64,000 nt of DNA, from positions 1 through 64,000 of the IMG/VR virus record IMGVR_UViG_3300047393_000086. One strand, 5' to 3'. Position 1 is the stretch's first letter; each line of letters begins with the position of its first letter. The notes under the pieces were generated by a model. It worked only from the letters and a program-made list of their open reading frames with translations, had not been told where the DNA came from and searched no databases. The DNA comes from a virus. Made by a program: the position numbers and the translations under genes. Positions 6,584 through 16,342 of this stretch are shown one piece after another.

Positions 6584-7126
6584 TTATAAATTCATAGTGT
6601 GCTTTGTTCCGTCTGCCATACTATAAACAATATGTAGCGGTTTCAGCGAATGCTCTTGTGAATTTAAAATCTTTAAATATTTACTCCCCTTTCCAGGTTT
6701 TAAGTATGCAACTGTCATGTGTGGATGATAATCCGGATAGTCTGACGAATATGGTAGTTCGCATAGAGATTTATTTGCAGCATGTAAATTATCTCCCTTA
6801 ATGTCAAATTTAAGTACATCAAATTTTTCATTTTCAAATAGGGAAATATTGTGGGCTAAACATTCTCCAAAATCAAAGCCATCCAGCTTTTCCCTTACCT
6901 GCTCTAACGATACATCTGGTTTTAAACCATATAATAGGGTACAGTGAGGTTCTGTTTCTAATCCATGACCTCCATTATTATCATCATGATAAATGTCTTC
7001 TGCACTAATTTCTTTATGAATTGCTTTCATCTGCGGAAAGTCAAAATATAACATTGCACAATTAGAATCGTAAGTTGGTTTTTCAGCTTCGTTCATGAAT
7101 TCTTCAAATAATTTTATTCTTTTCAT
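6584..7126 (-). CDS. 2H phosphoesterase, T4 gp57B/Acb1-like
   Basis: Two HxT motifs (HCTLLYG, HMTVAY) and DYPDYHPH; carries the N-terminal tag MKRIKLFEEFMNE. Confidence 0.75.
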   Translation of the reverse strand: MKRIKLFEEFMNEAEKPTYDSNCAMLYFDFPQMKAIHKEISAEDIYHDDNNGGHGLETEPHCTLLYGLKPDVSLEQVREKLDGFDFGECLAHNISLFENEKFDVLKFDIKGDNLHAANKSLCELPYSSDYPDYHPHMTVAYLKPGKGSKYLKILNSQEHSLKPLHIVYSMADGTKHTMNL

Positions 7127-7144
7127 ATCTATTTCTTTTATTAA

Positions 7145-7444
7145 TTATGCTCCAAAATCTAAGTCAAGTGTATCATCCTTTTCATCATCATAATCTCCAG
7201 TTAAATCAACATCTTTTAAATCTATACCTTCAACTTTAATCTTTGGTCTAAAATGACCATCTCCGTCAAAATATGCTTTAAAGCTTCTACCAGAACCTAC
7301 AGCACCACACCATTCCATGAATGCAAACATTTTTAAAAAATCGTCTGCAGTTTCTTGGTCAATATTAGAAATAGTTACATTTAATGTAACTGTTCCGTCT
7401 TCCGCTTCATTTAAGAAGTCTTCGAATACTTTTATATGTTTCAT
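7145..7444 (-). CDS. Hypothetical protein with N-terminal tag
   Basis: MKHIKVFEDFLNEAE; acidic. Confidence 0.7.
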   Translation of the reverse strand: MKHIKVFEDFLNEAEDGTVTLNVTISNIDQETADDFLKMFAFMEWCGAVGSGRSFKAYFDGDGHFRPKIKVEGIDLKDVDLTGDYDDEKDDTLDLDFGA

Positions 7445-8208
7445 TATTTCTTGTTTTCTTTTTTATCGTAATATTCCCAAACCTCATCTAATTGTTTAGG
7501 ATCTGCTAACCAGCTTTCCCACCAGCCTCCACCTTCTTCTTCAACTAAAGAACCATCTTTTAATTTACGATATTCTTTTTCTTTAACTGCAATTTTAAAA
7601 GTTTTTGGTGTAAATGGAAATGATTTAATATAATGCATACAACCAATTTGTTCTTCGCTGCCCTCAGTTATACTAACATGACCTGTAAAACCATAATCTT
7701 TTCCTTCAGGAATCCATACGATTGAATCTAAGTAATATGGTTGACCTTCTTTACCTTCTTTGAAAACCGAACTAAGTCTCATATTTTGAAAAGTTCCAGT
7801 GCCTTCTTCAGCGTCTTCGTATATTGAACAATCTGACCATTCTTCGTCTGTTCCCATGATTCCTTCTCCAAGTGGCTCCTGCGCTAATAATTTCTGTAAC
7901 ACTTGAACAATAACTGCACTCGTAAATGGAGCTGAGCCACCGCTTTGACCAGAATCAGCAAATTTCTTTACTAATGCCATTACTTCAGGCACAAACTCTT
8001 TAATAATTGGAGTCCCACCTTCATCTTTACCTTCAGCATTTTTCATCATAAGATCCAATTCAAATTGAGCCTTATCGACTAATCCTTCATTGATAGAATC
8101 AACAGAGATCATCTTAACACCTTCGTGTAAGAATTTAATTAGCTGAAATTTAACTTTGTTTTCGATTGATTCTGTTAAGAATTCTTCGAATAATTTAATT
8201 CTTTCCAT
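7444..8208 (-). CDS. Hypothetical protein with N-terminal tag
   Basis: MERIKLFEEFLTES; translationally coupled to its neighbours. Confidence 0.7.
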   Translation of the reverse strand: MERIKLFEEFLTESIENKVKFQLIKFLHEGVKMISVDSINEGLVDKAQFELDLMMKNAEGKDEGGTPIIKEFVPEVMALVKKFADSGQSGGSAPFTSAVIVQVLQKLLAQEPLGEGIMGTDEEWSDCSIYEDAEEGTGTFQNMRLSSVFKEGKEGQPYYLDSIVWIPEGKDYGFTGHVSITEGSEEQIGCMHYIKSFPFTPKTFKIAVKEKEYRKLKDGSLVEEEGGGWWESWLADPKQLDEVWEYYDKKENKK

Positions 8209-8554
8209 TTGTTGGGTATTTTACCATTGTATTTCTTGTTAAACTCTTGTCTGTGTTTTTTACAAAACCTAGACCTTTATAAAATTTCTCTAATCGTGAA
8301 ACTGATGTTGCCCCAAAATCTTTTGATGGAGTTAAATATATTGGTTTGTTTTGTGCATTTGCAAATGCAATTACCAAATCCATAACTTCAGTGCCAATTC
8401 CCTCTCCCCTTTTTTCTTTAGGTATTTCAATTCTTGTAAGTTCGACATAATTTGGGGTATTAAATACATCCAACTTAATTCCGAACTTACCCTCTAAATC
8501 TTTAAGGACCATTTCCTCATTTAAGAACTCTTCGAAAAGTTTAACCTTTTTCAT
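8195..8554 (-). CDS. GNAT acetyltransferase with N-terminal tag
   Basis: RGEGIG acetyl-CoA motif and FYKGLGF; MKKVKLFEEFLNEE. Confidence 0.8.
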   Translation of the reverse strand: MKKVKLFEEFLNEEMVLKDLEGKFGIKLDVFNTPNYVELTRIEIPKEKRGEGIGTEVMDLVIAFANAQNKPIYLTPSKDFGATSVSRLEKFYKGLGFVKNTDKSLTRNTMVKYPTNGKN

Positions 8555-9338
8555 CGATTTCTTTTATTTTTTTAATCGCCCAATCGACTCCTTCATCTCC
8601 ACCCCAAATTAACCAAGCAACATATCCATTATCTTTCCATGGTGTTGATTTATATTCTGGATTTATTTCTGAATTTTTTCTATGTCGATTAAATTGTGCC
8701 ATTCTACTAATAACATCTCGGGAAAGCTTTTCTCCTTTTGCCAATTGATTCGCTCTCTGCCATCCAACTGGAGTACCTGCAGTTACCTCATCGCGACCAT
8801 ATTCATCTCTCCAATCAAGTGCTTTCTTTGCGTTTGCTTTTGCAGCAGCTGGATAGTCATTATAAGTTTCTTCAGCCTCATTTAGGGACTCTTCAACTTT
8901 ATAAGGTAACTTTTCGTCATGTCCGCCATCTCTGACCTCTTTAGCCAAATCAGCATCTGCTTTTTGCCAAGTACCATCACCTTTTTCAAGGAATGCATTT
9001 ACACGGGCATAACCCCACTGTTCTTGTGTTGCTCCTGGATGGTGGCTAGAATTCCAAGCTCCCATTCCTCTGCGCATTACAGCTCTAATAATTCCGATCG
9101 GAACTCCAGATTCTTTTGCCTTTTTATCCAATGCTTTATTGATTGCAGCATTATCTAGTTCCTCTCTAGATGTTTCTTTTTCTTCTGCTTCTTGAACATG
9201 TTCTGGAGAATTATCGTGTCCACATTCGTGACAAATATAAACATCATCTCCACCCTCTTCGAGCCTCCATTTCCAGCCGCATTCATCGCACTTTATCTGG
9301 TTCGCCGAAAATTCTTCGAATGTTTTTAGTTTTTTCAT
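8541..9338 (-). CDS. Multi-domain protein (Zn ribbon plus two small domains) with N-terminal tag
   Basis: MKKLKTFEEF, CDEC..CHEC, domains separated by VQEAEE and SLNEAEE; late promoter at 9343-9350. Confidence 0.7.
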   Translation of the reverse strand: MKKLKTFEEFSANQIKCDECGWKWRLEEGGDDVYICHECGHDNSPEHVQEAEEKETSREELDNAAINKALDKKAKESGVPIGIIRAVMRRGMGAWNSSHHPGATQEQWGYARVNAFLEKGDGTWQKADADLAKEVRDGGHDEKLPYKVEESLNEAEETYNDYPAAAKANAKKALDWRDEYGRDEVTAGTPVGWQRANQLAKGEKLSRDVISRMAQFNRHRKNSEINPEYKSTPWKDNGYVAWLIWGGDEGVDWAIKKIKEIDEKG

Positions 9339-9350
9339 AGATTATATATC

Positions 9351-9860
9351 TTATAAATAAGATGATGAAAGGTCTCTCAGATGATTTAAAAGGGATCTGT
9401 CCTCAATTCTATGAATTATTTTCATTCCTTCTTGTTGTCTTTTAAGACCAATTGTTGTTTGTCCAGAATTAAATGTAATTGTATGTAGCTTTGCAATTTT
9501 AGGGTCCATTTCAAAAATACAGCCGGAAAATTGGTCATCTTTTGTCTGTAAAGGGACTGAAACCCAATAAACTCGATGTGAATTCATAATTTTGTTGTAT
9601 TGACCTTTAGGAATTGAGAATGAATCAAAATAAATTAAGGGTGCATTTGTTTTTACCTCAACATTATTTCCATCAATTATCATATCCTTTTCAGAATCAA
9701 AAACATTTAAGGACTCATCGACTTGATGTCCATTATCTCTAAAATGTTTTGCTACAATCTTTTCGCCTAACATTCCTAATAGGACTTTTTTATAATCTAC
9801 TGACATCTTTCCATTCTTTTTTATATACTTTCTCCCAATGTGCTCTGTATTCTCTAACAT
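9351..9860 (-). CDS. Putative PD-(D/E)xK nuclease
   Basis: G.LGE, D..IDG..VEVKT pattern. Confidence 0.55.
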   Translation of the reverse strand: MLENTEHIGRKYIKKNGKMSVDYKKVLLGMLGEKIVAKHFRDNGHQVDESLNVFDSEKDMIIDGNNVEVKTNAPLIYFDSFSIPKGQYNKIMNSHRVYWVSVPLQTKDDQFSGCIFEMDPKIAKLHTITFNSGQTTIGLKRQQEGMKIIHRIEDRSLLNHLRDLSSSYL

Positions 9861-10104
9861 TAATCATTTTAATGGTGTAAGACCATTCCGTATCGTCTTC
9901 AATAATCGTTATGAATAATGTGATTGTTGATGGAGGAACATATGAATCTTTAGCCCACTTAAATAATTTTTGAATATTTCCTTTCTGTCTTAATTTTTTA
10001 GAAAATGTTCTAATATCGCAATCATGCCATACAAAGGGATGGTAGCTCAAAATACTCGAGCTACCATGTCCTATATAACCTATATTAAATATGATTAGTT
10101 TCAT
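9790..10104 (-). CDS. Hypothetical protein
   Basis: ORF coupled to the RNA ligase stop. Confidence 0.55.
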   Translation of the reverse strand: MKLIIFNIGYIGHGSSSILSYHPFVWHDCDIRTFSKKLRQKGNIQKLFKWAKDSYVPPSTITLFITIIEDDTEWSYTIKMINVREYRAHWEKVYKKEWKDVSRL

Positions 10105-11228
10105 TAGTGAGAATCTCCAACGTTATTCTTTTCACCATAAATCAAATAGTCTGGATTAATTACTTTCGCAACTTTTTGTCTTTCACCAGTAACATGTTTG
10201 ATTACAATTCCTTCATGCGGCACTTTAGTTCCTTCAATGAAATTATTAAATACAAAACCGTCTTGTACCTCTTGATTCCATAAACCATCATAAAGTACTT
10301 CAACGTGTGGAAGTTCTAATACATCTTCAATGATATATTGCGCCAAATCAGTATCTGCGTATCTACCATCGATTGTGATATCGAATCCAGCGAATTTGAT
10401 ATCGGTTAAACCATATTCGTAATTCTTTTGAATTCCTGCACCATAGATTTCTCCATATAGAACAAATCCTCCACCGATCTCTTCAGTATCTCTAGTTTTT
10501 ACAGCTTCCCATAATTTTTGTTTGATACCATAATCTTCGGCAATAGTTCTCCAAACATCAGTTGAATAGAATCCCTGAGAATCACTCCCTTTCTCCACGT
10601 TATGAGAACCATACACATATTCGTAACCAATCCATTCGTCAGCAAGTCCAAAGAATTTCTTTAATTTATCAAAGAACGATAATTTATTCTTACGAACAAT
10701 ACCGAAACGTGCATTTGTACCGTGTAATTTACGGGTAATTTGAACCCCATCCTCTTCTGTGAATAATCCAGCAACATTCTTTAAGTTCGGAAACTTATAG
10801 TAAACTGTAAAATTCGGGTTAGATTGGTAACGAATCTTTTTACCATTCGCTAATTGCACTTGTTTTACAGGTGGTTCGAACTTAGTAATACCAAGTTCAT
10901 CCATTAGGTCTCTACCCTCTCTAATACTTGATGCTTTGATATGAATGATTGGAATAATCAAACATTCTGAATAAACTCCACGTAATTTTACAGTACGTAC
11001 TCTTTGACCTTTACGTAAGTATGAAGTTACTCCCATTTTATCTGACAATTCCTGTGGAATTACAGCATCTGTAGTTGCAATTGCTACTAAAGCACCTTGG
11101 TTAAATTCACCTTTTTTAGTGACCGCATTCCACCCACCAACAATTGCTAATTCGATGTTATCAGCACCTTCAATTGGTCTGATTTCTGTGATTTGCCCTA
11201 CATAGCAAACTGAATTTTGATTTTCCAT
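10104..11228 (-). CDS. RNA ligase (DRB0094/Rnl5-like, N-terminal OB domain)
   Basis: IEGADNIE OB domain, motif I KLHGTN, GEIYG, FDI, EGIVIK, KVINPDYL. Confidence 0.88.
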   Translation of the reverse strand: MENQNSVCYVGQITEIRPIEGADNIELAIVGGWNAVTKKGEFNQGALVAIATTDAVIPQELSDKMGVTSYLRKGQRVRTVKLRGVYSECLIIPIIHIKASSIREGRDLMDELGITKFEPPVKQVQLANGKKIRYQSNPNFTVYYKFPNLKNVAGLFTEEDGVQITRKLHGTNARFGIVRKNKLSFFDKLKKFFGLADEWIGYEYVYGSHNVEKGSDSQGFYSTDVWRTIAEDYGIKQKLWEAVKTRDTEEIGGGFVLYGEIYGAGIQKNYEYGLTDIKFAGFDITIDGRYADTDLAQYIIEDVLELPHVEVLYDGLWNQEVQDGFVFNNFIEGTKVPHEGIVIKHVTGERQKVAKVINPDYLIYGEKNNVGDSH

Positions 11229-11611
11229 TATATTAATTCAAATTTAGTTATTTTATCTCTACTTTCTTCTTTGTTTATTCCTATTAAATAATTCTTAACA
11301 TTTCTAACAATTAATTTGCTATAAAATGTTCCAATATATCCTAAAGTTACTTTTTTCTTTTCGGATGGTCTTTGTGTTAAATCAATTTTAGCATTTTTAA
11401 CATCACTTATTGCGGATAGTATTTGGTTTTTATAGCCTGATTTACCATCAATTAAATTAATGGTTCTTTTAGTTAAAATACCGTCGACAACTATTCTAAT
11501 TTGATGAGGTTTCTTACCCTTAAGATATGTGATTAAATATTCATCGTATCCAGTTTGTTTAAATCCTTCATCGGTCTTTTCGTATTTTGCGACTTTAAAA
11601 CTCGTTTCCAT
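11228..11611 (-). CDS. Hypothetical protein
   Basis: ORF in operon. Confidence 0.6.
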   Translation of the reverse strand: METSFKVAKYEKTDEGFKQTGYDEYLITYLKGKKPHQIRIVVDGILTKRTINLIDGKSGYKNQILSAISDVKNAKIDLTQRPSEKKKVTLGYIGTFYSKLIVRNVKNYLIGINKEESRDKITKFELI

Positions 11612-11613
11612 AC

Positions 11614-11928
11614 TTATTTAATTAATGATTCTATTTTGTCTGTGAAATCTCCAGCATAAGTTGTACCTCCAACATTAAACTGTGTTAATTCATTTTCAGT
11701 GTAATTTCTTGAGAATGTTTTCCAATCATAAATTGTAAATATCTCATCGTTAAATTCTACGACCCATTCTACTTGAACTTTGTCGTCTCCTGAAGGTTCG
11801 TCATATGTAGGTTCTCCTAAAGTTTCTATCAATTGACTATAAGTCGCATTAATATAACCTTTGTGCGATGAACCATTAGTAACTCCGTCTGCTTCTTGAA
11901 AATTTAGTACTTTTAAATTTGTTTTCAT
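11614..11928 (-). CDS. Hypothetical phage protein
   Basis: DKVQVEW..TIYDWK motif; near the early promoter at 12045. Confidence 0.65.
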   Translation of the reverse strand: MKTNLKVLNFQEADGVTNGSSHKGYINATYSQLIETLGEPTYDEPSGDDKVQVEWVVEFNDEIFTIYDWKTFSRNYTENELTQFNVGGTTYAGDFTDKIESLIK

Positions 11929-11930
11929 CT

Positions 11931-12020
11931 TTATATTGTTTTTAATAACATTTCCATTGTTAATACTCCTGATGCATACATTTGATTTAATTCTTCGTCT
12001 GTGTAAGTTCCGTTTGCCAT
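11931..12020 (-). CDS. Small 29-aa early protein
   Basis: Manual translation MANGTYTDEELNQMYASGVLTMEMLLKTI; fills the gap after the promoter. Confidence 0.5.
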   Translation of the reverse strand: MANGTYTDEELNQMYASGVLTMEMLLKTI

Positions 12021-12115
12021 AATGGTTTTGTTTAAATTTGATATGTAAATATAAACAAAAAAATCCAGATTAAAAAATCTGGATTGTTAAATTTATGTTA
12101 AAGTTATTAACAATT

Positions 12116-12655
12116 TTACTTGAATATCTTTCCCACTTCTTCTTTACCAAATTTTGCCTCTAATGCTTCTATTGCCAGTTTTTTATCACTAGAACTTAAT
12201 GCCTTAAAGTTTGCCTCAATCATACTATTATTTTCAGTCGCACTTTTATATTTTCTACCATCATCAATATATTGAGCGTAGAAATCATATGAAAATGCAT
12301 ACTTTAAGAATTTCTCAAGTTCTGACATGTATTTCCCTTCTAATGTCTTTGTTAAATCAGCAACCTTAGTTTTCTTTTTGTTTAAATAGAATTCCCATGA
12401 ATCTGTTGTCATTCTCCATTTAGCAGTCATGAACATGTGAATAACATCACCTTCCGAAAGGGTCACTTGAAATTTAATACCATCACTTGTTGATTGGTCT
12501 TGAATATCTTTAATCCATTTTTCGTCATTAGTCGGTAGGACTCTAGAAACTACGAATTTAGCGTCTTGTAATAGTTCTTCAGGAGAACCCCACTTGCCTT
12601 TTTCTAATTCTGAATAGGTAGTGTATTTTTCAAAGGTCATTATTGCTTTTTTCAT
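12116..12655 (-). CDS. Hypothetical protein with divergent N-terminal tag
   Basis: MKKAIMTFEKY. Confidence 0.65.
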   Translation of the reverse strand: MKKAIMTFEKYTTYSELEKGKWGSPEELLQDAKFVVSRVLPTNDEKWIKDIQDQSTSDGIKFQVTLSEGDVIHMFMTAKWRMTTDSWEFYLNKKKTKVADLTKTLEGKYMSELEKFLKYAFSYDFYAQYIDDGRKYKSATENNSMIEANFKALSSSDKKLAIEALEAKFGKEEVGKIFK

Positions 12656-12665
12656 AATCTATATA

Positions 12666-13067
12666 TTATAGTTTAATTTCAAATCTTTGTTTCATTTTGT
12701 CCAAGGTTTCTTGAGGAACTCCATGAACATTAACTCCTTCATGTCTGTTTTCTACGATTAGGGAAGTTACTCGATAACCATATTGTTCAGCAAGTTTATA
12801 GTAAACTTCCATTTCCCATTCTTGAGTGAATGTATTTGAAACTATGATTGCACTATTATGTCCTAGAAACATTGCGCGTTCTACCGAACTTTGACACCAT
12901 TTATGGGCCTCTTTGATTTGAGTAACGTCGAATTTATATTCTCCATCTCTCATAAAAAACATATCAGCTTCAAAGTGAGCAGTTCCGGAACTACCAGCCC
13001 CTAATAACACTGCAGTTGTTGATTTCCCACTTCCAGGTAATCCTCTAAGTAATATTAAATTTTTCAT
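12666..13067 (-). CDS. P-loop kinase (AAA_33/PNK kinase-like)
   Basis: LLRGLPGSGKST Walker A, EADMFF, VSNTF. Confidence 0.8.
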   Translation of the reverse strand: MKNLILLRGLPGSGKSTTAVLLGAGSSGTAHFEADMFFMRDGEYKFDVTQIKEAHKWCQSSVERAMFLGHNSAIIVSNTFTQEWEMEVYYKLAEQYGYRVTSLIVENRHEGVNVHGVPQETLDKMKQRFEIKL

Positions 13068-13261
13068 TTTTTTAATTTATATAAATTAATTCCTAAAATT
13101 AGTACGTTAGTTATAATAACCGGAACTGATTCTAAAATTGAACCATAAGTAATCCATGCAATGCATCCAGCGATATTAACCAATCTTAGCTTTTTAACGT
13201 CCGTCATTAAAAAAGAGGAGGATGTTAGGATCATTGCAGCGTATCCAAGTATTTCAATCAT
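13064..13261 (-). CDS. Small membrane protein (YgjV/PQ-loop-like)
   Basis: Three hydrophobic helices, LRLVN..G...WITYG. Confidence 0.6.
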   Translation of the reverse strand: MIEILGYAAMILTSSSFLMTDVKKLRLVNIAGCIAWITYGSILESVPVIITNVLILGINLYKLKK

Positions 13262-13342
13262 TTTTGTTTGTTTTAATTTGATATGTAAATATAAATAAAA
13301 AACTCCAGACTAAAAAATCTGGAGTGTTAAATTTATGTTAAA

Positions 13343-13558
13343 TTATTCAACACTTTCGTGTTTCTTAATTTTATGATGTTTTTTATATTCGTTAATAAAG
13401 CTTTCGCCAACTCCAATTTCATCAATGATATACTCATCAGGAATTAGGGGCTTTCGGGCTCGACCATTGATAATTCTATCAGGATTTTGTTCATTTAAAA
13501 ATACTGTCATGTATTTTGTTTTTGAACGTTCTGATTTTCTATAAACTACAACTACCAT
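13343..13558 (-). CDS. Hypothetical protein
   Basis: Coupled to the sigma gene. Confidence 0.6.
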   Translation of the reverse strand: MVVVVYRKSERSKTKYMTVFLNEQNPDRIINGRARKPLIPDEYIIDEIGVGESFINEYKKHHKIKKHESVE

Positions 13559-14154
13559 TATAATACAGATTCTTCGATGATTGCTTTGCCACGACGAATA
13601 CGATTTTTAATTGTTTGAAGAGGCAAGTTATGTTTCTCTGCAATTTCTTCGTATTTCATATCATTAATTAAACGGTCTACGATAATACCTTTGTAAGCTT
13701 CTTTTAATGAATCGATAGCTTTTAAAGTTCTACCATATTTGTCCATCAATTCATTATCTTCATCGATGAAATCTTGTTCAGTTTTTAATTCGTAATCCTC
13801 GAATGCTCCTTGTAATCCAGTTGTGAATTCTCCAGCTTCATTAATTTCTACGCCAAACTCTGATAATTTATCAAGAGATGATTGTTTGTTTCTATTACTA
13901 ATATGTCCTAATGCATCATTGAAAGCAATACGATATAACCAAGTTGTAATTTGGTATTGTGGATCGTATTGATCGATTTTAGTCCACATTTTTGTTAATG
14001 TATTAATAGCAATATCTTCTGCTAATTCTCTATCTTTGACAATTTTGTTAATATAAGACGTAAGTCCTGGTTTAACTTTGTAGAATAATGCTGTAAAATC
14101 AGCGTCTGAACGCGTTTGTAAAAAGTTTTCTGTTAATTCTCTGTAACTTGCCAT
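13558..14154 (-). CDS. ECF-type sigma-70 family factor
   Basis: Region 2 AEDIAINTLTKMW..TWLYRIAFN; region 4 MKYEEIAEKHNLPLQTIKNRIRRGK. Confidence 0.9.
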   Translation of the reverse strand: MASYRELTENFLQTRSDADFTALFYKVKPGLTSYINKIVKDRELAEDIAINTLTKMWTKIDQYDPQYQITTWLYRIAFNDALGHISNRNKQSSLDKLSEFGVEINEAGEFTTGLQGAFEDYELKTEQDFIDEDNELMDKYGRTLKAIDSLKEAYKGIIVDRLINDMKYEEIAEKHNLPLQTIKNRIRRGKAIIEESVL

Positions 14155-14258
14155 TTGTGGGGATTTAGTTTGTTTAAATAATTATAATGTAAATATAACT
14201 ATAATTTGTGAATAATAAAAATCTTTTTTGTTAATTTTTTGTTAAAGTTATTAACATT

Positions 14259-14780
14259 TTACTGGTTAACTTCTTCGAACAATTCAATAAGCTTTGTTAC
14301 TTCAACTGGTCTGTATTCCCAATTATCACATGCGCAATTAATTATTCTTGTTTTATGGTCTGTTTTATATTTAGAACTAGGATGTCCTATAATAGAATAA
14401 GATCCTTTTGATTTTCTTGGCCAATCTGTTAATGGCCAATACGACATTACAACGTTCGCTTCAGGATGCTCTTCAATAGAGTTATATAAAAAGTCTATAT
14501 CATCAAATCCTAGGGTCATCGCGACGTCGGCTGTTGCCTTATCATATTCACCACTAATAACTATAATATCTCCGTTAAGGTGCTTGATAAATACTTCTGA
14601 TGTTTCAGGATCCCATGCAAAGTTACCAAGAACATATACAATATCTTCAGGCGAAACTACTGAATTCCAAGCATTAAGAAGTTCTTGGTTCATTTCATTT
14701 AAAGAATCGAATGGTCTTTTATATGCTTTGATCGCCCCTGGTCTACCAAATTGCTGGTTTGATGTTACAAATACTTTCAT
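14259..14780 (-). CDS. Calcineurin-like metallophosphoesterase fold, catalytic residues degenerate
   Basis: TSNQQFG, WNSVV..DIVYVLGNF, GEYD, SYWP and GHPS align to DxH, GD, GNHD, H and GHxH, but the ligands are substituted. Confidence 0.7.
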   Translation of the reverse strand: MKVFVTSNQQFGRPGAIKAYKRPFDSLNEMNQELLNAWNSVVSPEDIVYVLGNFAWDPETSEVFIKHLNGDIIVISGEYDKATADVAMTLGFDDIDFLYNSIEEHPEANVVMSYWPLTDWPRKSKGSYSIIGHPSSKYKTDHKTRIINCACDNWEYRPVEVTKLIELFEEVNQ

Positions 14781-15317
14781 TTATACGATTGCAAATTTTA
14801 CATTAAAATTATCCCACAAGTTTTGTAGGAATCTCTGTTCACTAATTGCGGTTGAGCCATTTACTATTTTACCCTCATCTGATGTGTCGATAAACATAAA
14901 AATAACAAAATCATAAGCAGTTGAATAAATTAAAGATTGTCCGAAACCTTCTCTAAGAGAGGCTCCGCGATCACCTTTTTTAAATTCAATAGCAATACTC
15001 ACTCCATCGCTTTCAAGTGTCATATCTGGTCGGTTTGCAGTACCCATGAATTGAATATTTTTCACGGTTGTATTTACATTACCCTCCCATTTAATCATTG
15101 TTCTTGCCTTTTCTTTGGCAAGACCCCTGCTAAAGCCTTTTTTCTCCATAACATACTCTGTTAACTGAGTAAGAAGGTGAGGATAAATAAATTGCTTTAT
15201 TTTATCCTCACTCTGAGACTTATAATCAATTGTTTCGAATATATCACGTGTTGTGATTCCTTCTAGGATAGCTTCTAGCAGATCTAATCTTTTTTTAGAT
15301 TTACTTGCTAGTTTCAT
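14781..15317 (-). CDS. Putative PD-(D/E)xK nuclease
   Basis: RPDM...IAIEFK...GQSLIY pattern. Confidence 0.6.
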   Translation of the reverse strand: MKLASKSKKRLDLLEAILEGITTRDIFETIDYKSQSEDKIKQFIYPHLLTQLTEYVMEKKGFSRGLAKEKARTMIKWEGNVNTTVKNIQFMGTANRPDMTLESDGVSIAIEFKKGDRGASLREGFGQSLIYSTAYDFVIFMFIDTSDEGKIVNGSTAISEQRFLQNLWDNFNVKFAIV

Positions 15318-15321
15318 AGTA

Positions 15322-15834
15322 TTATTTTGTTAGTTCTTCAACTTCAACAGTTGGTTTAGAATCTTTTTCAATTGCAAGATCTAATTCTGCCAATTCAACA
15401 TGTTTTTGTTGAACAACTTTATTATCGTCTGCAGTTTGTTTTAAGGCCTCTGAGATTTGAGCTCCTACGTTTGTTAATAATCTAGTGAATGTTCTAGCTG
15501 ATTCAATACCAGTTCCTGAGATGTTAGTCAATACCGTGTAAAGTGTATTAAGTTGCATAGAATTCAAAAGAATTGCAGAAGTTTTTTCTTCTGCGTTTGC
15601 ATTGATTTTTTTCTGATCAGTAATTGAATCATAAAGATTAATCAAGAAAGCAGCATTTTTAATGTTCCACTCATAACTCTTGTCAATTTGTTTTAAAATT
15701 GCATTAATGTTTTGTGTGTTTTCTAAATTTACAGAATATTCTCTAGTTGCTAATTCTGTTTGTGCCTCGTTAACTTCAATTTCTAATTGAGCACGTAGGT
15801 CTTTTAATTGACTTAATGTTTTTGCTTTCGCCAT
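15322..15834 (-). CDS. Hypothetical coiled-coil protein
   Basis: Helical N- and C-termini. Confidence 0.65.
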   Translation of the reverse strand: MAKAKTLSQLKDLRAQLEIEVNEAQTELATREYSVNLENTQNINAILKQIDKSYEWNIKNAAFLINLYDSITDQKKINANAEEKTSAILLNSMQLNTLYTVLTNISGTGIESARTFTRLLTNVGAQISEALKQTADDNKVVQQKHVELAELDLAIEKDSKPTVEVEELTK

Positions 15835-15862
15835 TGTTATTTGTTTTAGAGTTTATATATTA

Positions 15863-16342
15863 TTAAAAATTTTCATTAGTTATTTTACAATCAAAATCCA
15901 AAAAGTTTCTAAATTGTTCATTGTCTGCATTAATTCTTCGATCTGTTTCATCGTTTTTATCAGCTCGAACACCTAAGCGTTCCCTACGGGTTTCTTCGGC
16001 AATGTCTAAGTATATAACAAACAATCTGTTTCGATAATCTGCATGTAAAAGAGTGACTGCCTCAGCATTCAGAATCATTACATCACATCTTTCAAATTCA
16101 TCTTTGGTTAATCCATACTTCCAACCATTAAAATCCTGCCATTCTACGAATTCTCCTCTTTCAATTTTAGATTCGAATTCTTCTGGCGTTAAATAGTAGT
16201 AATCTTTTCCATGTACTTCGCCTTCTCTAGGAAGTCTGGTTGTGCATGAAACTCCATAGACCATTCCACGGTCCATCATTCTTTTTCTTAGGTAATCTTT
16301 ACCTGTTGCCGCAGCTCCGACAATTGCAATTTTTCCGTTCAT
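15863..16342 (-). CDS. gmk: Guanylate kinase-like protein
   Basis: GAAATGKD P-loop, SCTTRLPREGEVHGKDYYY, YG. Confidence 0.85.
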   Translation of the reverse strand: MNGKIAIVGAAATGKDYLRKRMMDRGMVYGVSCTTRLPREGEVHGKDYYYLTPEEFESKIERGEFVEWQDFNGWKYGLTKDEFERCDVMILNAEAVTLLHADYRNRLFVIYLDIAEETRRERLGVRADKNDETDRRINADNEQFRNFLDFDCKITNENF

